From Macrostomum lignano (taxonomy: Eukaryota): a stretch of 44,081 nt of DNA. Below are positions 1-14,955 of the stretch, piece after piece. Location: the NCBI GenBank assembly GCA_002269645.1, contig NIVC01004497.1, positions 1 to 44,081 on the forward strand. The letters run 5' to 3'. The notes beneath the pieces are model-generated. The model ran no database searches and was not told the origin of the DNA. It saw only the letters and a list, made by a program, of their open reading frames with translations. A program made the translations under genes and the position numbers. Each line of letters begins with the position of its first letter. Position 1 is the first letter of the stretch.

Positions 1-264
1 TTACAAATTGGTTCTGGTTCTGGAACCAGAACAAGCAATACGAAAAGGCCTATAGATGATAGTTATACCTTAAAAATAAAATAGAAATTCTATTGAAATA
101 GATCATAGACTATCAATGATTTTTCCATGATCATACCCTTTAAGGTTAGATAGAATAAGATATAACCCTTTTAGGTTAGATAGCTAGTATAAGTAAACTA
201 ATTAGTTCTTAGTAAATTATTTACATTCAATTCTTAGAAGACTACAACAAGGGTTATAATTATA

Positions 265-325
265 TAGCCTTGTAGTTAATAGGGCCTATTGAACTCACAA
301 CTAAAGGTTCAGTGTTTGATTCCTA
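265..325 (+). other. Decayed tRNA-derived (SINE-head-like) sequence
   Basis: A-box-like TAGCCTTGTAGTTA at 265 and B-box-like GTTTGATTCC at 314-323 (GGTTCGATTCC with CpG loss), at tRNA-like spacing. Confidence 0.35.
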
Positions 326-792
326 AACTACTTAAAACTATTTATATCCTTGAACAAGGCATTTAATCTACCTAGTTTAGTAGAATAACTAGTTTTGCTT
401 TAGTCTAGCTAGCTATAAAATGGATACTAGTATTAGCTGGGATAAATATGGATATCTATGGCAACATCAAATCCTTGGACTAAACAGTCATATGTAGCCT
501 TCAGATGCACTATAAAACTGTTGTAGCTATTGCTAGGCCCCTATTGTTAATCACACATTTTGTTATTATGGAAGGTGTAATCAAATATTATTATTACAAT
601 TAAAGCAATAATAAAATTATAGTATAGCAAGGAGGTTATTGCCTTTCTTTTAAGCTAAAGCCAAAAAGAATTGGTACTACTTATTCATTTTTTGCCTTAT
701 CTTGATATTTTTATTTAAAACCCTACTTTAAAAAGTTTTGTAGCATGATTTAATTTCTGCCTTTCATTGCTTCTAGTTTTATACCTAAGTAG

Positions 793-837
793 ATATATAT
801 ATATATTTATATATATATATTTATATATATATATATT

Positions 838-869
<32 letters not shown>

Positions 870-876
870 AATATAT
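793..876. repeat. (TA)n microsatellite
   Basis: Directly visible alternating TA run with a few interruptions. Confidence 0.95.
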
Positions 877-2910
877 GCTTAATACCTAGTTGATTTAGCT
901 GTCTAGGCCAATAGCCTAATATTAATAAATCAGATAATTAACCTTTCCTTGACCAAAAATATACCAAAAAGCAGACAAAAAACTAAAACAATTAAACCAA
1001 TGAGAAGAACAAATAAAAAAAAATTATTTAAATTATAAGTAACATTTATTATTGAATATTACACTTGACCTTAAAGCAATTTTTGATATAGCAATTATTA
1101 TCATAAGAAATATTTATAATCTTTATTTGTTATAATAAGCATATCTGATTATTGGAAAAGTTCTTGAATTTAGGTATTGATATCCAATTTTAATTTCTAT
1201 AGTTATTGCATCAAATAAACAATGCAAAGGTCTTAATAATAGATATACCAAATTTAATGTTGATATTGTCAATAAACTTAGTTGGCTTCTAGCCACAAAG
1301 AAAATTATATAAGCTAGCATTATATCAAGGTTGGATCTATGTAGCAAAGTTATAATATATAATTGTTTACCTTATTTATAACTATGTAAGTTCTAGAAAT
1401 TATAGTCATAGAAAAGTTGTATTTAAATTTTAAAAAGTCCTAAGAACTTTGCTCTTAAAATAAATCTACATGCATGGTTTTAAGTAAATGTCTTTAAAAG
1501 TTCTTGATATTTACACTAACTTTTTCATTAAAAATCTAAACAGGGCAAGGTAAAAGAGGTTGGCTGACTCTCACTCTGAAAAGAATTTTTTCTTTGGCTT
1601 TTGTAGTTATTGCTTAAAAGAAATGTTGAGCTTGAAGCTTGAACTCATTGGTAGATCTGGGGGAAGGGTCAAAAGGGTTTGCTGACCCCCTTAAGAAAAA
1701 CCTAAGATTTGCTATTGTCTATATTTTGCCCTTTAAAGATAGTGGCAGTTATGTATACCTTGGTACATTTTAAACAATATCAAGAGGCAAGAAGAGGCAA
1801 TACTACTTATATCACCAACTTCATTGAGTAGGCATATATTCATGTGGATATGGACATTACCAAGCATAGGTATGCACACAGGGCAGAATATAGTGGCCCT
1901 TAATTTAATACTAGGCATTTGCACTTACTATGTCTAGGGATTGGCCTTCAAGGTTGCTAATTATATGGGTAGTCCCATTCCAAAATTCTTATTTAGCCCC
2001 AAATTAATGTAATTGCTTGCAATCAACCCTGGGCTACATGGCATATGAGTGTCATATTAGACTATTGAATAGTTCAAATATTCTACAATTTGTTGCATTT
2101 ATATTTGTGTTCTTAAACTTACAACACTTACATCTTGTCAATGATAATCAATAGTAAATATTTCTTTGATTAGCTTTTTCTTATCTTTGTAACTTTTTGG
2201 AACTGCATGTTTGCTAAGACATTGTTAACAAGGTATACGTTCATTCCAAAATGGCATAAAGATGTACTGCATCTAGAATAAAAAAACAATTTGAATATAT
2301 CCTATATACTAAAAATCAAAACTATTGGAATGGGCGCTTCCTCGCGGTTTAGGCTACTGGTTGATCTATTTGCTACTAAGGATTTTACTAGTGGATTATT
2401 ATCTGCTGTACTGATTTGAGATTTGGTAGAATCGCTGCCACCAGGCTTCCTGTTCCCTAGTCCTATTATTGTAGAGACAAAGGATTGACTCAGGAAAACC
2501 AAATTGTTTAACAAAAGTTTTATACTTCAAAAGGAAACAAAATGAAAACAGCATGCAATGGTTGGTGCAAAAATGTTAGGCATCAACTACCTGTAGGTGT
2601 ACTGCTTCGGCATCAACTACCTCGACAGTTTTACTTAAAATTTCCCAATATTCCCTGCCTCTTACCTTTCCTAATTTCTGAGCTCTGCCACCAGTCAGTC
2701 GGAAATAAAACTAACTAACAAGTCTGCTTTCCCAAGCCCCAAACTGTTCTATACTTCTAGAGAATCCCGAAAACTAGCGATTTTCCCCCGCTCTAATTAC
2801 TTTCCCAAACCTAAACTACTGACAGTAGGCAAAAAGCATATCTGCTTCACTACTAATTCCCATTCCTAAAATACTGCCCTACTACACTATGTACCTACAA
2901 TATCACAATG

Positions 2911-3710
2911 AGCCACAATGTCAAACATTAAAGAACCACCATGTCGAACATTAAAGAGCCACCATGTCGAACATTAAAGAGCCACCATGTCTAACATTAA
3001 AGAGCCACCATGTCGAACATTAAAGAGCCACCATGTTGAACATAAAAGAGCCATCATGTCTAACATTAACAAGTCACCATGTCAAGTATATTCGTGACTC
3101 CATGTCAAACATCAAAGAGCCATCATGCCAAACATTAAAGAGCCACCATGTCAAACATTAAAGAGCCACCATGTCAAACATAAAAGAGCCAAAATGTTAA
3201 ACATAAAAGAGCCATCATGTCAAACATAAAAGAGCCACCATGTCAAACATAAAAGAGCCAACATGTCAAACATTAAAGAGCCACAATTTAAAACATTTAA
3301 GAGCCACCATGTCTAACAAGAAAGAGCCACCATGTCGAACATTAAAGAGCCACCATGTCAAACATTAAAGAGCCACCATTTTAAACACTAAAGAGCCACA
3401 TTGTCAAACATAAAAGAGCCACTATGTCAAACATTAAAGAGACACCATATCAGACATTAAAAAACCCGGAATCAAACATAAAAGAGCCAACATGTCAAAC
3501 ATTAAAGAGCCATCATGTCAAACATAAAAGAGCCACTATGTCAAACATTAAAGAGACACCATATCAGACATTAAAAAACCCCGAATCAAACATAAAAGAG
3601 CCACCATGTAGAACATAAAAGAGCCACCATGTCAATTGTCAAACATTAAAGAGCCACCATGTCAAACAAAATATACACAATTTCAAACATAAAATTAAGC
3701 GTCATGCCAA
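2911..3710 (+). repeat. 23-bp tandem array (ATGTCAAACATTAAAGAGCCACC) inside Helitron A
   Basis: Visible tandem units; same family as 26373-28010 in reverse. Confidence 0.95.
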
Positions 3711-3767
3711 TTTTAAAGGAGTCACTATAGAGCTAAGGAAATTGTTGCACTAGCTACTTATTGTCTG

Positions 3768-3920
3768 GTGGATGCTTACTATTTGGGGATGCTAGCTATC
3801 TGGGGATGCTTGCTATTTGGGGGATGCTTGCTATTTGGGGATGCTTGCTATCTGGGGATGCTTGCTATCTGGGGATGCTTGCAATCTGGGGGATGCTTGC
3901 AATCTGGGGGATGCTTGCTG
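3768..3920 (+). repeat. 17-18-bp tandem array (GATGCTTGCTATCTGGGG) inside Helitron A
   Basis: Visible tandem units; same family as 25400-26372 in reverse. Confidence 0.95.
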
Positions 3921-4450
3921 TCTTGGGATGATTTCTTTTTGCATTACACTTTATTTGAGCAGTTTGTCTGTTGTCTTTGTGAAGGCTTTATTTGGCTGTC
4001 TTTTTGTTACTTGTAGAGAACAGAGATTCTATCCAGATGTCCCCCAACGGGGGGCGAAGATTGCTAGTTTCTTTCTACTATTCATTATTATCATTGTATA
4101 ATTTTTTGTAGCCATCAGTCTAGATTGCGTTAGAATATACTTGAATTTAGATACTGTGTATATCTTTTGCATAAATAACTTTAAAAAAATACTAGCTATG
4201 TAAAAACTCTAAAAGAGAAATATGAAAATACAATGCTTCTCTGTAGTTTAACACAAGTATAAAATATATTTTTAAACCATTCTTCAAAGTTAAGGTCTAT
4301 TGGCTAAGATAACACTTGGCTATTACAACAGAGATTGTCACACTTTCACTGTTGTCATTTCTAGTGCCTTTTAAATCATTCATGTCAACCTGTGTTTCCT
4401 TTATTATTATATAATCGGAACTAAGAACTAGTATATTCGATAGAAGAAGA

Positions 4451-9682
<5,232 letters not shown>

Positions 9683-10429
9683 CTGCTTGGAGATGTTAAT
9701 GAACTGACTATCAACGGAATTGAAAAAAAATTGCATCAAAAAAGTTTCTTTTTCACCATTAATTTTCACCAAATTAATAAATGAATTAACAGTAGCAAAA
9801 CATTTGTGTTGCAGCAATAAAAAATTACCTTTTTTAAAAGAAAGAACTAATAATTGAATGGAATAATGTAATGGTATTCCTACTGTTAATTCGTTATTGG
9901 GCTTTTTGTTAGGAGTATTATTAAACGCTATTTTGAATTCGTTTTATAATTCTCCTACTAATAGTAGCAAGCTAGGACATTTTTAATAGCTTTTTCTCAG
10001 TAGGCAATTTTATTTATTTGTTTGTTTGTTTAGTTGGTTTTTGTGATCGTTTTTCGTCCTAGCCAACAAAAATATTAGCTAGTTATTAATAGTACACCTA
10101 GAACCGCTGTTAGCTTACTAATTTGGAAAATAGACATTTACTAATGATGATAGATTATAAAACTTTCCAACCTACAATAGAGCTTCTTGAACTCTAAGTT
10201 TGCTTTATCTATCAGATTACTGTGCGGTTTTAAGGTGGTTTTTAAAAATTGTATTCTGTTATTCATTTTGTCACAACAACTACTTCCCTTAGCTGCTTCA
10301 AGTTTCGGTGTATTGATCTTTAATAGTTATTAAAATATCGCTAAATAATGCCTAAATACCTAAAGACTATAATAATCCATTTTTAATTACTTTCATAAAT
10401 TTAGTATTACTTCTTCTTTGCCTATAGAG

Positions 10430-10508
10430 CAGGGAATGAATGCGGGCCAGAGAGACAAGCGTCTTAGAGGGCCGCATGTCACCCGCGATCGGGAGTTTGC
10501 CGATCCTG
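10430..10508. mobile_element. Short hAT (Charlie/Buster-like) MITE remnant
   Basis: CAGGG...GGGCCGCATGTCACCCGCGATCGGGAGTTTGCCGATCCTG resembles Buster/Charlie termini; flanks CTATAGAG / ACGTAGAG share TAGAG (degenerate 8-bp TSD). Confidence 0.55.
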
Positions 10509-11284
10509 ACGTAGAGATTAGCGGTATCGCACAGCATACAACCCTTGTGTGTTTCTACTTTTTTTCACTCTCGTGTTCTATTTTATTTACACTTGAAAGT
10601 TTAGAACAAATTTTCCAACCCGGTCTTTTGAATTCTCAGTTTATCAATTAATAATGCAGTAGTAGTAGTAGTAGTAAATTAATGGTTAGTAAAGCTTGGC
10701 TTTTTGTTTCACTTCATTTCAATATTTAGCAATCCGGTGCTGGATAGTTTTTGCAAGCAGTTTACTAGGTTTTCTAAATCATTTTCAGATCAAACACACA
10801 GTTAATTATAGCAATAATAACTGCTTTATACTACTTATACTCGTAGCCCCAGATTTGCTTTAATCTCGTAATTCTGCCGTTTGCACCTGCCATATACATA
10901 ATATTTATAGCTTCTACAAATTTCTGCTGACAGATGCTTAGCTTTTGAGTTATCAAATCTATTTTGAGCACGGTTTTTTTTATAATTAGCCTATATAATA
11001 CACATTTGTACTAATCAGTAGCTTTAGTCCGCTGTCCTTATATTTAGTCTTAGATGCGCATCATCCATCACTTGCCTGTCCTAATTAATAATTAATGCTT
11101 ATATTAAAGTTCAGTCTTTTCTAAGGTAATTTTTCAGGTTTTTTTTGGCACACCCTTTACCGCCCAGCTCATTTGGCTCATTAATACTGGACTACCTGCG
11201 TTCTTAGACTTCATTTATTTTTTATCTGTGTAGGTCTCTATTAATTAGTAAAAGTTTTAGGGTATGTCCCGAACAGTCTGTGGA

Positions 11285-12020
11285 GCCTGTAACAGGCTGT
11301 CAATCAAGGAATGTGAATCTAGGAATGTGAAGCCTGTGAATCGATAAATGTGAAGCCTGTGAATAAAGGAATATGAAGCCTGTGAATCAATGAATGTGAA
11401 GTCTGTGTGAATCAAGGAATATGAAGTCTGTAAATCAGTGAATGTGACCTGTAAATCAGTAAATGTGACCTGTGAATCCATGAATGTGAAGTCTGTGTGA
11501 ATTAAGGAATGTGAAGTCTGTGTGAATCCATGAATGTGAAGTCTGTGTGAATTAAGGAATGTAAAGTCTGTGTGAATCAAGGAATATGAACTCTGTTTGA
11601 ATTAAGGAATGTGAAGTCTGTGTGAATTAAGGAATGTGAATTCTGTGTGAATTAAGGAATATGAATTCTGTGTGAATAAAGTAATGTGAAGTCTGTCTGA
11701 ATCAAGGAATGTGAAGTCTGTAAATCAATGAATGTGTGGCCTGTGAATCCATGAATGTGAAGCCTGTGAATCAGGGAATGTGAAGCCTGTGAATCAGGGA
11801 ATGTAAAGCCTCTGAATCAGGGAATGTGAGGCCTGTGAATCAGGGAATGTGAAGCCTCTGAATCAGGGAATGTGAGGCCTGTGAATCAGGGAATGTGAAG
11901 CCTCTGAACCAGGGAATGTGAGGCCTGTAAATAAACAAATGAGAAGCATGTAAATCCATAAATGTAAGGCCTGTGAGTTTAGGAATGTGGAGCCTGTGAA
12001 TTAGCGAGTGTGAAGCCTGA
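11285..12020 (+). repeat. 23-25-bp minisatellite (GAATGTGAAGTCTGTGTGAATTAAG changing to GAATGTGAAGCCTGTGAATCAGG) between GPI and SOD1
   Basis: Visible tandem units whose sequence changes along the array. Confidence 0.93.
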
Positions 12021-12141
12021 AATTTTAGAAATTAAAATAAGTGAATATTTTTATACGTTATTGGGAGATTATTTATCTAAACATAAATAATTGACCTATT
12101 GCATGTTTCGTTGAAACAATCAAACAAGATATTACGTCATC

Positions 12142-13506
12142 ATGTCTCTAAAAGCTGTCTGCGTACTCAAGGGGGACGCCGGAGTTAGCGGCACACTGCA
12201 CTTCGAGCAGGCTGGCGACGTTGTCAAGGTGACCGGCTCTGTCGAAGGCCTGGCGCCCGGCAAGCACGGCTTTCACGTGCACGAATTTGGCGACAATACG
12301 AACGGCTGCGTGTCGGCTGGCGCTCATTTCAATCCGTGCAAACGGACCCACGGCGCTCCGGACGACGAGGAGAGGCACGTCGGGGATCTGGGCAACGTTG
12401 AGGCCGACGCTTCCGGCAGGGTGAGTGTTTGACAATGCGGGAAACACTCGTACCTGCCTTGATTTCCTTTTCGAAACCTTTCCCTGACTACTATATTCCC
12501 CATCTCGATTCCCCGTTTGAGAATTTCCCATCTCGATTCCCCGTTTGAGAATTCCCCATCTCGATTCCCCGTTTTAGAATTCCCCATCTCGATTCCCCGT
12601 TTGAGAATTTCCCATCTCGATTCCCCGTTTTAGAATTCCCCATCTCGATTCCCCGTTTGAGAATTTCCCATCTCGATTCCCCGTTTGAGAATTCCCCATC
12701 TCGATTCCCCGTTTTAGAATTCCCCATCTCGATTCCCCGTTTGAGAATTCCCCATCTCGATTCCCCGTTTTAGAATTTCTCATCTCGATTTCTCCGTTTG
12801 AGAATTCCCCATTCCTACAATTCCATATTCCTACAATTCCCCATTCCTACAATTCCCCAATGTTAGTATTCCTCATTCTTACAATTCCCTAATTTTCAGG
12901 CATCCCCATCCCTATAATTACCATTTGAGAATTCGGACCTATCCCGATTTCCCTGTTTGAGAATTTCCTATCTCGATTCCCCCATTTGAGAATTTCCATC
13001 CCTGCAATTCTCCCATTAGAAAATTCCCCATTTCTACAATTCTCCTATTAGAAAATTCCCCATTTCTACAATTCCCATTTCAGAAATCCCCATCCTACAA
13101 TTCCCCAATTTTCCCCATTTTACAATCCCCCAGTTTGATAATTCTCCATTCCGATTCCCAACTTTGAGAATTTCCCTTCAATTGCCTCAATAATGAATTC
13201 TTCCCCAACTTAATCCCCAACTTCATTTGACATAATTCCCATTCTCTTCCCATTTCTCCTAAAGAGAAGTGACACTACTCCCAGTAGTATGCCGTACTCC
13301 CGCATTTGTTTTTCAACATGCAGGCTGGCGTAGAAATCACCGACAAGCTGATCAACCTGACCGGCCCCAACTCCATCATCGGCCGCAGTCTGGTTGTACA
13401 CGCCGATACTGACGATCTTGGCCGCGGTGGCCACGAGCTCAGCAAGACAACCGGCAATGCTGGCGGTCGCCTAGCCTGCGGCGTTATTGGCATCTGTCCC
13501 AATTGA
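12142..13506 (+). CDS. SOD1: Cytosolic Cu/Zn superoxide dismutase; exons 12142-12420, 13324-13506 (153 aa)
   Basis: Motifs [61 protein letters not shown]; phase-0 intron GTGAGT...TGCAG. Confidence 0.97.
12496..13170 (+). repeat. 28-bp minisatellite (CATCTCGATTCCCCGTTTGAGAATTCCC) in SOD1 intron 1, degenerating rightwards
   Basis: Visible tandem units. Confidence 0.93.
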
Positions 13507-13598
13507 CTGCATGGGTCTGGGACCGACTCTACTACTGCCAGCAAGCTTTGATTAGTAGTTTGTCTCTGTAGTTTGTGCTGTTATTTAGATTAGACAGG

Positions 13599-13918
13599 GT
13601 AAGTACTTGCAATTTGTATGCTTTGTGTAAGTTCTCGATTTTTTATTCTAATGGAACTTAGGAGTGTCTCTAGAGGGAGTTAGGAGTGTCTCTAGAAGGA
13701 GTTAGGAGTGTCTATAGGGATTTAGGAGCATCTCTATAGTGATTTAGAAGTGTCTCTATAGTGATTTAGGAGTGTCTCTATAGGGATTTAGGAGCGTCTC
13801 TAGTGGGATTTAGAAGTGTCTCTATACTGATTTAGGGGTGTCTATATGGTTTAGGAGTGTATCTAGTTGCATTGCTTGCATTAAATAGTTTTTTGTTTTT
13901 AATATATATATTTTTCAG
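13599..13918 (+). other. Predicted intron in SOD1 3' UTR containing a 22-bp minisatellite (13657-13870, TTAGGAGTGTCTCTAGAGGGAG)
   Basis: Donor G|GTAAGT at 13599, acceptor TTTTTCAG| at 13918, AATAAA at 13974. Confidence 0.7.
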
Positions 13919-14399
13919 CTCGATCTGCAGAAGACAATGATTCCTTCTCTGACTTTTGATGAAACCGTTGACAAATAAACAATTATTTTTTGGTTAATTT
14001 TGCTTATTTTTTCGCCACCCTACTACTGGCTTAACCCCTTCGCCAGTCGATCTCTTTAAAACAAAGAATTTACAACCAACCTTAAAAATCATTATCATAC
14101 CAAATTAGGTCTCCTGTAGTTTTTTTTAGAAAATTAGTTTATCTGTAATATTCAGCTGCACGCACTATTACGAGTACTATTCGAAGTAAATCATTTTAAA
14201 ACACCGCCATTTTTTGGTAGCAAGCAATAATTTGAATTGAATTGCCCAACAGACTGAATTAATCACTTCTGTCAGCTTTATTATCTTTAATAAATATTTA
14301 TAACAACTGTTGTTAGCAGGCCTTGATCCTGCAATTAATCTACTTCTTATTCTAAAATATTAATAAATAGGTGATATAGGATGTAATAACAGATGTTAC

Positions 14400-14805
14400 A
14401 AGATTAGATTACTAAGAGATCTCTAAAGATTAGACTGAGCGATTCCTAGAGATAAGACTAAAAAACTACTAGATATTAGACTAAGAGATTTGCATAGTTT
14501 AGATTGAAATATTCGCTGAAGTTATATTAAAAGATTTGCATAGTTTAGATTGAGAGACTTCGAGATTAGATTGAGATATTTGCAGGGATTAGATTGAGAA
14601 AAGATTCTTACTGATTAGATTGAGATAAGATTCGCAGAGATTAGATTGAGATAAGATTCGCAGAGATTAGATTGAGAGTAGATTCGCAGAGATTTGATTG
14701 AGAGTAGATTCGCAGAGATTAGATTGAGAGTAGATTCGCAGAGATTAGATTGCGAGAAGATTCGCAGAAATTAGATTGAGAGAAGATTCGCGAAGATTAG
14801 ATTGA
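14400..14805 (+). repeat. 26-bp minisatellite (GATTAGATTGAGATAAGATTCGCAGA) upstream of the kinase gene
   Basis: Visible; degenerate at left, homogeneous at right. Confidence 0.9.
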
Positions 14806-14955
14806 TTGACGGATCGCACCCGCCCATTGCAGTTGGATATGTGAAACTTCGCACCCTGACACAACGCACCAAGTGACCCTACGCACCAAGTTAGCTACTC
14901 TGCAAACAGACAACAGCAACAAGCAAGCGCCAGCAAACAGACATTCGCCTACCCG

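Larger units (their letters stand above)
2300..4067 (+). mobile_element. Non-autonomous Helitron, copy A
   Basis: Begins A|TCCTATATACTAAAAAT (2300); ends in hairpin TCCCCCAACGGGGGG followed by CGAAGATTG-CTAG|T (4064-4067). Inserted between A and T with no TSD. Termini, both internal arrays and the ~150-bp 3' end match 25255-28598 in reverse. Confidence 0.85.

Noticed and set aside
1733-2271. Possible decayed reading frame on the minus strand (…MPSIKLRATIFCPVCIPMLGNVHIHMNIC…)
   Set aside because: About 8 stops in ~180 codons and no recognisable family; cannot be told from chance without a search
3424-4101. Periodic ORFs (MSNIKE..., [10 protein letters not shown]...), also at 25255-27370
   Set aside because: Translations of Helitron satellite units, open in several frames and on both strands; no protein-family features
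13489-13506. SOD1 C-terminal ICPN as a prenylation signal
   Set aside because: Cys is at -3, not -4, so this is not a CaaX motif
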